DNA of 64,000 nt from Candidatus Poseidoniaceae archaeon (GCA_045568475.1 JBJLAY010000028.1:121-64120), one strand, 5' to 3'; counted from the first letter of the stretch, positions 9,898 through 20,534 are shown. A program made the numbers and translations. Notes: generated by a model not told the origin, from the letters alone.

Positions 9898-10518
9898 TTA
9901 CTCTTCTTCGGTGACTAGAGTAATCTTTTGTTGCAGCGCCATCCTTGCTGATGAGTTTAGCAACGGTAGTAGTGCCATCGCCACACAAATAGACATACAA
10001 AGGCCACACATGTAAGACATCAATCTTGTAATTTCAGTAACACCTTCAGGTAGTATGTCCTCTGAAACTCCAACCATCATCCACGTGCCGCTAAAACCGC
10101 CAATCAGGCCAACGACAGATCCTAGGATGGATAATTTAACTCCAAGAATATTCAGACGGAATAGCATAAAACCGCCTGACAGGACTAGCAAACCTCCAAC
10201 AAGTAGCGAATAACCTCTAACAGAATATGCTCCAGAATCTCTCACTTCATCATGATACTCTTGGTAATCATCTGCAGTGATATTCAATTTTTGGTTTTCA
10301 TAATTCTCTAAAATCGGGTCTAAATCTGCTTCTGGAAAATCATCAGCCATCGAATTCTGAACGTCTCCCCATCCAATTAGAATCATCAGTATAGAACCTA
10401 GAATGAGCAAGATTGCAATGGTCTTTGGACCCTTCTTGTCTGGTTTAGGAGAGAACAAAGAAGCAGGAGGTGCAAGACCATCATCGCCACTCATTCGTAT
10501 TGAGAAATCATCACTCAT
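9898..10518 (-). CDS. Hypothetical membrane protein (about 4 TM)
   Basis: Hydrophobic segments; start reset to MSDDF, overlapping the thioesterase stop. Confidence 0.75.
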   Translation of the reverse strand: MSDDFSIRMSGDDGLAPPASLFSPKPDKKGPKTIAILLILGSILMILIGWGDVQNSMADDFPEADLDPILENYENQKLNITADDYQEYHDEVRDSGAYSVRGYSLLVGGLLVLSGGFMLFRLNILGVKLSILGSVVGLIGGFSGTWMMVGVSEDILPEGVTEITRLMSYMCGLCMSICVAMALLPLLNSSARMALQQKITLVTEEE

Positions 10519-10924
10519 TAGTACAGGCCTCCAATCCATTACGTAGAGTGTCTGGAATGACTAGCGAGGTCATATCCTTCATACTCACACAAACCGTAAC
10601 CTGTTCACTGGACCAAAGAAGTTCTTCATTTTGGTTGTGAAATCTGTATTGCCAGGTGCAAGACTTATTGCCAACTTTGGAAATCCAGATAGTTGCAGTT
10701 ACACTGTCACCATATCTGAAAGGTGAGTGAAATTCTGATTTTATGTCAACTACGGGAAAGCCGATTTCCATTTTACCAATGATATGAGAATAATCAAAAC
10801 CACATATTTCATTCCAAGACTCCTCAAAGAAACGATGAGCAAGATCGTATATTCTTGGATAGAAAGCTATCCCGGCCATGTCTAGCATTGGGAAGTCTAC
10901 CCGTCTAGTCAAACGAACTGCCAT
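10511..10924 (-). CDS. Acyl-CoA thioesterase, 4HBT/YbgC hot-dog fold
   Basis: LDMAGIAFYPRIY and FHSPFRYGD motifs. Confidence 0.85.
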   Translation of the reverse strand: MAVRLTRRVDFPMLDMAGIAFYPRIYDLAHRFFEESWNEICGFDYSHIIGKMEIGFPVVDIKSEFHSPFRYGDSVTATIWISKVGNKSCTWQYRFHNQNEELLWSSEQVTVCVSMKDMTSLVIPDTLRNGLEACTNE

Positions 10925-10949
10925 GAGCCTTCCTAAGAGAACCACTTAT

Positions 10950-11372
10950 TCAAGCATCCTCGGGCTTGGGCCATTTTTTGGCTAAAATTTTAGCAAGGTC
11001 GTCATCCAATTTGGCATTCCACCAATCACTTCCTTGCCATATCGCATACCTTCCGCGTATTCCTCGAATATCTGCTCCTTCGAATGAACAGTTTCTGAAG
11101 TTAGATAGGTTTAATCTTGCTTTCCTAAGGTCAGCACCACGAAAATCGCTGTTATCAAATGCCGATTTCATTAAGTCAACCTCTACCATCGAAGCTCTTC
11201 TAAAATCTGAATTTACGAAGTTTCCTTCTGTCAAATCAGCATTATCAAGGATGGACCTTCGGAAATTAGAACGCGGATGGTTACCTCTTCGCAACAATTC
11301 GTTTGCACGATTTTGGAAAGACCAATCCAGAGGAATTTCTTCCTTGTCGGTACTGCTGCCCGACATTACCAT
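10950..11372 (-). CDS. Pentapeptide repeat protein
   Basis: Tandem A(D/N)L/F-x-x repeats (SNFRR SILDN ADLTE GNFVN SDFRR...). Confidence 0.9.
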   Translation of the reverse strand: MVMSGSSTDKEEIPLDWSFQNRANELLRRGNHPRSNFRRSILDNADLTEGNFVNSDFRRASMVEVDLMKSAFDNSDFRGADLRKARLNLSNFRNCSFEGADIRGIRGRYAIWQGSDWWNAKLDDDLAKILAKKWPKPEDA

Positions 11373-11382
11373 ATAATCACCA

Positions 11383-11886
11383 TCAGAATCGACTACGTTT
11401 GTCGAGATGTGCGCGCCCTTCAGGAGTTAGAATTGCATACCTGTTCTTTTCCTTTGCAGAAGGCGGTGTCACCAAGAATCCCTTTTCTCGAAGCCTGTTG
11501 AGGTAAAGAGAAAGGTTGCCAGGGGGCTCCAAACCCGCATCGATGAATAGTTGATCAATGACGCGAGGAGGACTATCATTTACACCTTCAACATCTCGAA
11601 GATACTGAATTGCACCGAGAACTTGGTCAGGTTTTCGAATTAGGCTGCAGTTTTCGATAAGAGCCCTGAAAGCAGAACCACGTTCTGGTAAGCCGGCTTC
11701 ACGAGCAGCGCCAACGGCCGCTTCGATAGCGCGCTCTCTTGCATTTCGTATTCGCGAAAGCGCTATCGACCAAGTATCATCTTGCCTAACTCTTGTGAGA
11801 CGCTCATCAACACTTGTCTGAGCGCCAGTAAGGTCAATCTCAACATCTCCTGCGCGAATCAGCACTCTTGTATCGTCTTCCATCAT
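11383..11886 (-). CDS. Hypothetical protein with C-terminal winged-helix-like domain
   Basis: GNLSLYLNRLREKGFL...YAILTPEGRAHL; GGTGA SD before MMEDD. Confidence 0.65.
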   Translation of the reverse strand: MMEDDTRVLIRAGDVEIDLTGAQTSVDERLTRVRQDDTWSIALSRIRNARERAIEAAVGAAREAGLPERGSAFRALIENCSLIRKPDQVLGAIQYLRDVEGVNDSPPRVIDQLFIDAGLEPPGNLSLYLNRLREKGFLVTPPSAKEKNRYAILTPEGRAHLDKRSRF

Positions 11887-11995
11887 AGTCACCTTTTTTC
11901 CATGCACACCGTCTCGAAATTACAACAAGAATTCCGTTTCTGACTAATTCGACCTCGGACATATGGGTATTAAAGCCCTGTTTGTCTCAGTACAC

Positions 11996-12027
11996 AATGT
12001 TATTACGGCCGCCTATTAAATAACATT
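11996..12027. promoter_or_regulatory. 9-bp perfect inverted repeat, candidate operator
   Basis: AATGTTATT (11996-12004), N14 spacer, AATAACATT (12019-12027), in a divergent intergenic region. Confidence 0.4.
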
Positions 12028-12129
12028 ACGGCTTAAAACAATATCATTCTAAATCACAATTTCTTGATTACAAGGGGGATAAGGCACTTGAAGGGGCGCC
12101 ATATTCAACAGATTACCCGGGTGCTAAAA

Positions 12130-15100
12130 ATGAAGCGTCTTTCTCCGATTTTACTTACGGCCCTACTACTGGTATCCTGTTTTCCGATAAGTTACGTGTC
12201 GGCATCAGGAGAGTCAACAAACATTTCTTCATTTTCAGGAGGGTTTGCCTCCGTTGAAATCAATTTACAAGGAGGGGCAACAAACAATTCAGCAACCATA
12301 GATGTTCCTCGTAATGTAACGTTTCAAACCTCATTTTTCAATCTGAATGTGGACCACAGTGATCAAACCCCAGGCCAGGTCTGGCTCGATTTAAATGAAG
12401 ATGGAGTATTCGAATGGGAGTTCACTGATACTGGCTATGGCGATATTGGGCACCAGAATCAATTCTATGACGGAAACACTTCTATTACTACAGCTCTAGG
12501 TAATGGAACCAGTTCAGCCCCTGATATCTTGGTGCCATCGGGTGCGACTATACAATCTTCAAATCTGAATATCAGTTTTGCTCCACAAGTAGGAGGAGGG
12601 TATTTCCAGATTGGAGAATACCAACAAGTCGTAGAATCCGATATTGACGGAGACGGGCTGCCGGAACCGGTATTTTTGTCAGCACAAGATCCGACTAATT
12701 ATTCTACCACAATTGTATGGGCCGATTGGAATTCCTCTGGAATTACGATTTCCACTCCGATTTCATCATGTGATAACGCAACATCTCTGTCAGTAGGGGA
12801 TTTGAATGGCGATGGCAGCCAGGACCTAATTTCCTTCTCGATATTTTCTAGCACAGCATGCGTACATATGGCGAACGGCACATCATTTGACCCAGTGCTA
12901 AACCTTTCACTTTCCAGCGGTTTAATTTCTGCCAAAATTGGAGACATGAATAAAGATGGATTAGATGACATCGTATCAATTCATCAAATGGGAGTACTAG
13001 AATTCAACACATGGTCAAATGCATCATGGAACTTAGCATCTAGTTCTTCAACAGTGATTAACCCAAACGGCTCTGAAGGTATTCCTGCGAACTTACTATC
13101 ATTACATTCTAATGATTTCTTTTCTAATGGTAACGAATCTGTTTTGGTGATGGACAATACTGGGCATTGGACTAACTGGGCTATTTTTAATGGGGCATGG
13201 GGCGGGCCACTAACTAGTTTTGATGGCATTAATAATAATGAAATTATTACCGATTTAGACGGGGATGGAGATGTTGATTTGATTGGAAGCAATGATCAAG
13301 GATACGCGTTTTTAATCAATAATGGAACGCAATGGAACACAACTATTGTTCAAACTCAAATCGATCTATTGGACTCAACAATTAGTGACTTTGACGGAGA
13401 CGGCGTCCTTGACTTGTTAACTCCAGCACCCGGCGTTGCTGATAACTCTAATTTGACTATTGAAGGTAATATCACTCACCGGACAATTAACTCATCGAGT
13501 CTTGGAAATGTGGCGAACTATGTCTTAGAGCCATGGTCTATGCCAACTTCGATAAGTACCATGGACATGGATAATGATGGAGTAATGGAACAAATTATCG
13601 GTGCTGGAGAGATTAGCAAAGGCGTTTTCATTGGAGGCTGGCACAACATCGAATTAGATGCTGACGGCGATGGAACAACCGAGATGGAGGCTACAGGATA
13701 TGCCGGTGACTCCGTCAATAATCTGAATCCATTGATGATGATGGATGAAACAAACGAAATCAAAGAAGATTTAATTCCGGTATTAGCTAATCTACCGTCC
13801 ACTTTGGATTCCTATGGGATTGCAATGAGTGTGTATTCAATAGAAGTAAACACCAGTGGAATGGGACAATTCACTTTTTCAGGCCTGGATGTTGGATATG
13901 ATTGTAGTTTCCTAGTAGATGTAAACCCTCATGCTACAACAAACCTTACCAATGTACTGAACCAAGGAATGACAGCAGGTACGGGTAATTACACAGTTAG
14001 TTTCCCAGTAAATTCATCCAAAGCAGGAGTAGTAACATTGAGTAATATTGGAGCAATATTCATCCAAGGTGCTCCAAATTTGGCATTACCGATTCAGCCT
14101 ACACTGGTTTTAGACTCAGTTACCAATGAAGAAGTAGTTCTATCCTGGAACGAAGTATTCGAATTCGGTGATGATTTTGTTGAATTTGAGATATTCAGGT
14201 TGGAATCAGCAAATGCAACCTTGTCTCTGGTAGATGTTTACAATACATCAGGGGCTCAAAACATGACCACAGATACCAATATTTCTGTCGGCTCAACCTA
14301 TTGGTATTCCGTTAGATCTGTTCACCTATACGGGGTCACATCGAATATGTCCAATACAATTGAGGTCACAATCCCATATCCAAACCCTCCTTCAGCGGTA
14401 GAGGGCGTTGTAATCATAGATGTTGCAAATGATACAGGCGGTGTGCTTTCAGTTTCGTGGAACAGCTCAACAGAAGTAATCGATCACTACGAAGTTTACC
14501 TTGAAAACAGTTCATTCAGTAGTATCTCCGGACTTACAAGTATTGCTAGCGTGCCTTCATCCATCAACTCAACAAATCTTACAGGTTTGATAGATTCTAA
14601 TGAATATTGGGTCGCAGTTGTTGCTGTTGACCAGTATGGTAATTCAACAAGTGCAGTCATTTCAGTTGGGCCAGCATATTCTAGAAACGACGTTCCAGTT
14701 GTTCTCGATTATGAAATTACAGTAACTTCTGAAATCATCTTGGGTTCGCCATTCGTATTGGAAATAATTCTTGAAGACGAAGTAGCCAATATCGAAAATG
14801 GCAACATGATGGTGTCAATGGAAACCACTTCCGGAATATATCCGATTTCAACTAATTGGGATGGAATTAATCTTACAGATTTTGCAGATTTGGGAGTTTT
14901 CACTACTGACATATATGGCGACGTTACCTTTTGGGCTAACTTCAGTGGGTATGCAGGAGATGCTCAGAATCGAGAGATATCCTCTAAGTCAGTTTCAGCA
15001 ACCTCAACGGTAAATATTGGGGCAACACTCTCTTCATCCGAAGACACATATGAGTTAGATTGGGATAATGAAACCGATGTACGCATCAATATAGATGCTG

Positions 15101-16302
15101 CCAATCCACAACAGTATGCACTGTTAGATGGAGCTATGATAACCTGGTCAATTCATAACAACACTACCAACCAATCTCTTACAGGAACAGAACAAATCAG
15201 TGATAATTTCACCCAATTCCTAATTAATTTCCCAGGAGGAGGAATATTGTTCGTAAATTTAACTGAACCCGGATGGATAAGTACGGGGCAGGGTCCACTA
15301 GAAATCAGTCTGGTACCTTACGGGACGAGTGTTGAAGAAAACGAGACCGATGACAACGACACAAACCCAACTCCTTGGAATCCAGATGTCATGAACGATG
15401 TTAATCTTGATTGTGGAGAAGTAATAATTGATCCATCCGTGGTTCAAAAAATTGATTGTACTTTCACTAATACCAATAATTACAGCATCGAGATCTCACT
15501 CGAACCGGATGGTTGGTCTGATTGGTCCGATTTCATCATATTTGAACCATCAGCTGGACAAGGCGAATTCGTACTAAACGATAGTGCAAGTTCAGTGATT
15601 GAAATCAGAGTTGAAGTATTACAGAACCTTTCTGAGAATGCATTGGTTAATGGCTTAATTCAAATCGACATTAGACAAGGTCCTAAGGATTACATATATC
15701 CTGGAGACAAACCGCTAACTTTCGAAATTCAGTGGACACTTATTGGAGAAGAACCAGTTGTAACTCCTGATCCTGTTGACGAGGAAGATACTGGCAATAA
15801 TTCAGGTACCTCGGACACAAGCTCTAGTAGCAATAACATGTTGATATTTGGAGGAATTGGTGCTGTTGCATTAGGAGGGCTAGTGATATTCATAGTTCTA
15901 AGAATAAGAAATAGCGACCTGGACGAGTGGGGAGAAGAGGACCTTGACATGGATCCTGAAGTACAAACAGATAGAATTTCAAAACCTCTTCCAGTAGGAG
16001 TTGCACTTGATGAATTTGAAGATAAAACAATCATTGATGATACTCCTGACAAACCTGATTTCATATCAGATTTCGATGATGGTGATGACTATGCCGATAC
16101 TCTTGAATCGGATGAAGGCGAATACGAAAGTGAAGATGCAGTGGACTCAGAGGAAGAATATCAAGAGGATTATACTGAAGAATCAGAAGATGACTCTGGA
16201 ATAACAGTTGATGAAAACGGAACAGAGTGGTATGAAGATGAAGTTGGTGTTTGGTGGTTTAGAGACCCTGGCGAAGAAGATTGGTCAGAATTCGTCGAGT
16301 GA
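12130..16302 (+). CDS. Large surface protein: FG-GAP/VCBS repeats, FN3 domains, TM anchor, acidic cytoplasmic tail
   Basis: Signal peptide MKRLSP; repeated DxDGDGxxD; FN3 W...Y..Y.V patterns; many NxS/T sequons; TM LIFGGIGAVALGGLVIFIVL. Confidence 0.85.
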   Translation: MKRLSPILLTALLLVSCFPISYVSASGESTNISSFSGGFASVEINLQGGATNNSATIDVPRNVTFQTSFFNLNVDHSDQTPGQVWLDLNEDGVFEWEFTDTGYGDIGHQNQFYDGNTSITTALGNGTSSAPDILVPSGATIQSSNLNISFAPQVGGGYFQIGEYQQVVESDIDGDGLPEPVFLSAQDPTNYSTTIVWADWNSSGITISTPISSCDNATSLSVGDLNGDGSQDLISFSIFSSTACVHMANGTSFDPVLNLSLSSGLISAKIGDMNKDGLDDIVSIHQMGVLEFNTWSNASWNLASSSSTVINPNGSEGIPANLLSLHSNDFFSNGNESVLVMDNTGHWTNWAIFNGAWGGPLTSFDGINNNEIITDLDGDGDVDLIGSNDQGYAFLINNGTQWNTTIVQTQIDLLDSTISDFDGDGVLDLLTPAPGVADNSNLTIEGNITHRTINSSSLGNVANYVLEPWSMPTSISTMDMDNDGVMEQIIGAGEISKGVFIGGWHNIELDADGDGTTEMEATGYAGDSVNNLNPLMMMDETNEIKEDLIPVLANLPSTLDSYGIAMSVYSIEVNTSGMGQFTFSGLDVGYDCSFLVDVNPHATTNLTNVLNQGMTAGTGNYTVSFPVNSSKAGVVTLSNIGAIFIQGAPNLALPIQPTLVLDSVTNEEVVLSWNEVFEFGDDFVEFEIFRLESANATLSLVDVYNTSGAQNMTTDTNISVGSTYWYSVRSVHLYGVTSNMSNTIEVTIPYPNPPSAVEGVVIIDVANDTGGVLSVSWNSSTEVIDHYEVYLENSSFSSISGLTSIASVPSSINSTNLTGLIDSNEYWVAVVAVDQYGNSTSAVISVGPAYSRNDVPVVLDYEITVTSEIILGSPFVLEIILEDEVANIENGNMMVSMETTSGIYPISTNWDGINLTDFADLGVFTTDIYGDVTFWANFSGYAGDAQNREISSKSVSATSTVNIGATLSSSEDTYELDWDNETDVRINIDAANPQQYALLDGAMITWSIHNNTTNQSLTGTEQISDNFTQFLINFPGGGILFVNLTEPGWISTGQGPLEISLVPYGTSVEENETDDNDTNPTPWNPDVMNDVNLDCGEVIIDPSVVQKIDCTFTNTNNYSIEISLEPDGWSDWSDFIIFEPSAGQGEFVLNDSASSVIEIRVEVLQNLSENALVNGLIQIDIRQGPKDYIYPGDKPLTFEIQWTLIGEEPVVTPDPVDEEDTGNNSGTSDTSSSSNNMLIFGGIGAVALGGLVIFIVLRIRNSDLDEWGEEDLDMDPEVQTDRISKPLPVGVALDEFEDKTIIDDTPDKPDFISDFDDGDDYADTLESDEGEYESEDAVDSEEEYQEDYTEESEDDSGITVDENGTEWYEDEVGVWWFRDPGEEDWSEFVE

Positions 16303-16343
16303 AATTCGTAATACCTTTGAATGAGTCGGGAGCAGGAGAATAC

Positions 16344-17087
16344 ATGGCGGGCCAAGCATCGTATGACCTAGTTCTAAACAAAGATGCAGACCCTCGTACC
16401 GGCGGTATTGCAATTTGTGGCTTTTCTACAGTTGGTATGGTTGGAGTTATTGCGGCCTCACATGTCATTAGCCAATTAGATTTGACTCAACAAGGAACTG
16501 TTCTGAATTCAGAGTTCCCAGCAATGGCACTAGTCCACCATGAAGTCCCAAAACACCCAGTTAGAGTCTATCAAGGTAACAATGTTGGTGTATTCACAGC
16601 AGAGGTAAGGTTTGGCCCTGAGCGTGATGTACTATTCGCAAATACTGTACTCGAATGGTTCACTAAAGGCGGATTTGACCAATTGATTGTTATTGATGGA
16701 GTCGCCAGAGAAAACCTCGATGACCGAGATGGTTCTTTGTACGGAGTTAGCGCTTCGAAAGCCGGACGCGACCGGCTTAAGAAGGCAGGAATCGAACCTG
16801 TAAGGCAAGGCGTTGTAGCAGGAATTGCAGGTTATCTAATCGCGGAAGGGGACCGCCTAGGTCTTGACATTACAGCAATTTTGGCAGATTGTAATCCGAT
16901 GTTCCCAGACGCTAGAGCTGCAGCGATGGCAATCGAAGCAGTTAGTGAATTGACGGAATTTGATATTCCTCTATCATCTCTCTTAGAAGATGCTAGGAAG
17001 ATAGAAGATAGTGTAAGAGAAGTGTTTGAGAACTCTCAAACAATGTTGCCTGCACCTGGTGATGAAATAGATCCGTCATTCAGCTGA
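16344..17087 (+). CDS. PAC2-family proteasome assembly chaperone, second paralog
   Basis: GFSTVGMVG, PVRVY, PDARAAA, LLEDARKIE; GGAG before the ATG at 16344. Confidence 0.88.
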   Translation: MAGQASYDLVLNKDADPRTGGIAICGFSTVGMVGVIAASHVISQLDLTQQGTVLNSEFPAMALVHHEVPKHPVRVYQGNNVGVFTAEVRFGPERDVLFANTVLEWFTKGGFDQLIVIDGVARENLDDRDGSLYGVSASKAGRDRLKKAGIEPVRQGVVAGIAGYLIAEGDRLGLDITAILADCNPMFPDARAAAMAIEAVSELTEFDIPLSSLLEDARKIEDSVREVFENSQTMLPAPGDEIDPSFS

Positions 17088-18362
17088 ACGGGTGACTTCG
17101 AGGATGGTTTGCCAGTCGGCGTTTGTTGCAAACATCGCTTCTGGCATATGGCAACGTGCCATCTTGAACCCTGCTTCTTCAAGTCCGGATTTAATTTTCT
17201 TCATCGAAGGTATTTGTCCAACTCCTGCAGCAATTCCTAAGTCATCTACAGCAATTAGCAAATGGTTTTGTGATAGCAATTCAGCAGATTCAGCAATATG
17301 CCTAACGGTTCTTTCAATCTCCCTTTGAGAATGTTCAATATCGATATCATCCCAATCATCAGGCAAATCTTCATCATTTCCAGAGCACAAAGCAATCGCC
17401 TTTTCCGCAGTCATTCTGCCTGCAATGGTAGCATCAAAGAGGGGCCCGGTCCACATTGGTCCTGAGAATTCACCTTCTGCTTGTGTTGAGAAATGATACG
17501 GATTGGAGCGAATACGATATCCGATATTATCCTTCCAATCCGAAGCCTCTTCTTTCGACCTTTTCAACAGAACACTAACACGAACATGGTGTCCATCAAA
17601 TAGCGATAAAATCGGATGGATTGATCTATCGTGCATCGCTGCTATACGAGCAATAGTCCCTAACAGAATTCGTGTTGCATCATCATGCATGTAGGAATCT
17701 GTTATTCCAACAGCGCCATATCTTCTGGCCGCGCTGGTTTTAGCAGAACCGCATAGCGCAGCAGTATCGGTAGCGGTAACTTCCAGAACTCCAACTCTAG
17801 AAATTGCTTGTATTGCAGCATCAAGGAACCCTACTGGTGAGCCAAAAGGGTCCAAATCAATCCACTGGAATGGAGCTTCAATCATCAATTTGTTAGCATC
17901 ACCTTCAACCCAATGAATACCATCTTCGACAACCCCTTTCTGTTCTCTTGCAAAGCGACTCGGTTCAGGAACCCATTCCAAATCATCACCTACTGGGTTG
18001 GCTTTATGCGATTTTCTCGCCCATGCTAAGGCGTCAGAATCTAAATCATTAGCAGTAATTCTCAATAGATCCTGTGATGGAATTTCCTTTCTCCATCTTC
18101 GCGGCCTAACACCCGTTGCACAAAGAGCATCTAATGCCCTGATGGTTTTCCCTTCAGGTACCAACCAACCATTTTCAATCGCATCCGCTAACAGCATTAC
18201 AGAACGAGTTCTAGCAGGAGCCATTGCCGGATTCAGAAACCCTTCACCGGTCTTTGCCGCAGGCCCTCTTGGCATATGCGAAGGTTTAGGCTGGTGATTT
18301 TGAAGATGGACAGTTGTCCTTCCTTCTAGCCAGATATGCCCCGGCCAACCTTCAGGTTCCAT
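17076..18362 (-). CDS. trm1: tRNA (guanine26-N2)-dimethyltransferase
   Basis: FLNPAM..R, DALCATGVR, IDLDPFGSP, VTATD, GPMWTGPL. Confidence 0.93.
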   Translation of the reverse strand: MEPEGWPGHIWLEGRTTVHLQNHQPKPSHMPRGPAAKTGEGFLNPAMAPARTRSVMLLADAIENGWLVPEGKTIRALDALCATGVRPRRWRKEIPSQDLLRITANDLDSDALAWARKSHKANPVGDDLEWVPEPSRFAREQKGVVEDGIHWVEGDANKLMIEAPFQWIDLDPFGSPVGFLDAAIQAISRVGVLEVTATDTAALCGSAKTSAARRYGAVGITDSYMHDDATRILLGTIARIAAMHDRSIHPILSLFDGHHVRVSVLLKRSKEEASDWKDNIGYRIRSNPYHFSTQAEGEFSGPMWTGPLFDATIAGRMTAEKAIALCSGNDEDLPDDWDDIDIEHSQREIERTVRHIAESAELLSQNHLLIAVDDLGIAAGVGQIPSMKKIKSGLEEAGFKMARCHMPEAMFATNADWQTILEVTRSAE

Positions 18363-18371
18363 ATTTAGTCC

Positions 18372-19466
18372 TCAATAGTGCTCGAACACAATATCTGGAT
18401 TAGCGTGTGTAACTTTGTGTCCATTATCCACAACTTCGCCGATAATTGCACACCCTGGCATTCTTTCTTCTAACCACTTGTAGACAGAATCTGCAACACT
18501 TGCCTCAACAGCAATTATCATCCCACATCCCATATTGAATGTACGATGCATTTCCCTATCTGTAACATTCCCATGCTTCTGAATCCAGTTGAATTCAGGA
18601 AGTATCGGTAAGGGATTAGATATTTCCCATCCAAGGGAGTCATGGAGCCTCAGTAGATTGGAAAGGCCACCTCCAGTAACGTGGCAAATCCCATGAATTT
18701 CGCTTGTCGCACATGGGCCATCTTGAATCATATCGACGATAGGATCGCAATAAATCCTAGTTGGGTTAAGAAATACTTCACCAAGTGTGACAGGGCCTTC
18801 ATTGAATCTTTCAATACGCCCTTCATCTATCTCAAAAGGAGCAGTATCTTCCCACGATGCACCACAGTGGGAAACAACGTTCCTGACCAAAGAATACCCA
18901 TTAGAGTGTACTCCTGAAGATGGCATACCGATTAGCACATCTCCTTCTTTCAAATTCGCACCCGTGATTTCGCTGCCTTTCGCTAACCATCCTAGAGCTG
19001 TTCCAGATAGGTCTAGTTCGGTCACAATACCAGGTAGACTCGCAGTCTCACCGCCAGCAAGAGTGACCCTTGCTCTACGGCATGCTTCTGCTAAACTAGC
19101 ACCTAGTGCTGCATGCACCACAGGGTCTGGCTTTGGAACCGCGATGTAATCGACGAATGCAATTGGTTCTGCACCAACGCACAATAAATCATTGACATTC
19201 ATTGCCATACAATCAATACCAACTCCAGCCCATTGATTCAATTTTGTAGCGATTGATAATTTTGAGCCAACACCGTCTGTTGCTAATGCTAGGTAATTGT
19301 CTCCAAATTCAACTAAGCCGCCAAAGCCACCAGGTAGGTCAACAGGCGCACCAGGGCTGCCGGGCTTCCTAACCGAACGAGATAACGCGCCTACTAAAGC
19401 GCCCACAGCATTGCCTTCGAGATCAATGTCGACACCACTGCCAGCGTAGTCGAGGCCCTCTGCCAT
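18372..19466 (-). CDS. purM: Phosphoribosylformylglycinamidine cyclo-ligase (AIR synthetase)
   Basis: YAGSGVDI, TDGVGSK, AMNVNDL, GGETA, SSGVHSNGYSL, HVTGGG, TFNMGCG. Confidence 0.96.
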   Translation of the reverse strand: MAEGLDYAGSGVDIDLEGNAVGALVGALSRSVRKPGSPGAPVDLPGGFGGLVEFGDNYLALATDGVGSKLSIATKLNQWAGVGIDCMAMNVNDLLCVGAEPIAFVDYIAVPKPDPVVHAALGASLAEACRRARVTLAGGETASLPGIVTELDLSGTALGWLAKGSEITGANLKEGDVLIGMPSSGVHSNGYSLVRNVVSHCGASWEDTAPFEIDEGRIERFNEGPVTLGEVFLNPTRIYCDPIVDMIQDGPCATSEIHGICHVTGGGLSNLLRLHDSLGWEISNPLPILPEFNWIQKHGNVTDREMHRTFNMGCGMIIAVEASVADSVYKWLEERMPGCAIIGEVVDNGHKVTHANPDIVFEHY

Positions 19467-19492
19467 GTCACTTCCCAATCATAGGCCTCTCA

Positions 19493-20455
19493 TCATGATA
19501 CCGATTGAATTCGATTTGCTATCCAAGGCAAGGAGAGGTCTAGTCTGTGATCAATCCCACTATGAGTTCCGGGGAACTCTTCCCATTCGTGAGCGATTTG
19601 TAATTCGTTCATACGGGCATGTAGTTGTCGTAATCCAAATTGTATATTGTACTGGTCAGAATCGCCGACATCTATCCAGCATGGAGGCAATGTCCTGTGG
19701 TCCTCAATCATGTTTAGTGGGTCCCACGACCTCCATTCAGCCCATTTTTCATCATCAAAGATACAATTTTCATCAACGGGTAAAGTTCCATCACTGTATG
19801 TTGCAGCCATTGCAGCAATCATCAAAGTATGAAAATCATCGGGTTTGAGGGATTTTGAATTCTTAACGTAATTCAAGAACCCAGCCATTCCTCCGTGGTT
19901 TTTGATTTGAGTTAGAGTACTGCCCATTTCTATCCCAAATAATAATTCAAAACCACAATCTCCAGAATGGCAAGCTACAGCACTCCAGCAATCATCTAAC
20001 ATTCCGCGTACAAGTGCGCCATAACCTCCACTTGATTTTCCAACTAAACCAAATCCACTGACATCATATCGCGAATTAATTTCATTTCGAAGATCGTCCT
20101 TCAACCAACTACCCCAATCGCCAACAATTTCAGAATCAATGAATTGGTTACCGCCCAGTGAAGTAAATGTGTCAGGCATTACAAGAATCGAAGGTGGCAT
20201 TATCCCACTCTTGACCAAACGCTCGTGACGCTGTGGCAGTGTTTCACTAAACGCCCTCCAATTCGCTCTGGCAAAGCCAGTTCCAGTAAATGGGGCGAGA
20301 TAGATAATACAAGGGAGAGGGCCAACACCTCCGGGTGAAATATGCACCATAACTTCCCTTTCGATAGGGTCTCCAATTTGATTTTCCAAATTAGCAGAAG
20401 AAAAAGAAAATCTTTCGATAGTTCCTCTGATGGGTTCAAAAGAGTGGGCGGGCAT
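19493..20455 (-). CDS. Putative esterase (alpha/beta hydrolase, Fes/antigen-85-like family)
   Basis: GKSSGG nucleophile elbow, GDSDQY, GTH. Start reset to MPAHS; a TTG at 20500 is the alternative. Confidence 0.85.
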   Translation of the reverse strand: MPAHSFEPIRGTIERFSFSSANLENQIGDPIEREVMVHISPGGVGPLPCIIYLAPFTGTGFARANWRAFSETLPQRHERLVKSGIMPPSILVMPDTFTSLGGNQFIDSEIVGDWGSWLKDDLRNEINSRYDVSGFGLVGKSSGGYGALVRGMLDDCWSAVACHSGDCGFELLFGIEMGSTLTQIKNHGGMAGFLNYVKNSKSLKPDDFHTLMIAAMAATYSDGTLPVDENCIFDDEKWAEWRSWDPLNMIEDHRTLPPCWIDVGDSDQYNIQFGLRQLHARMNELQIAHEWEEFPGTHSGIDHRLDLSLPWIANRIQSVS

Positions 20456-20534
20456 GAACCTGCGATGGGCTTCAAGGAAATGTGCTTGGCGGTATTCCAA
20501 TGGAAGCCATTGGAGGTTGAATGATGCGATTAAA

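Noticed and set aside
9821..9900. tRNA-Arg as an integration site for an island
   Set aside because: No integrase, no duplicated tRNA 3' end noticed, and a convergent gene stops 3 nt after the tRNA
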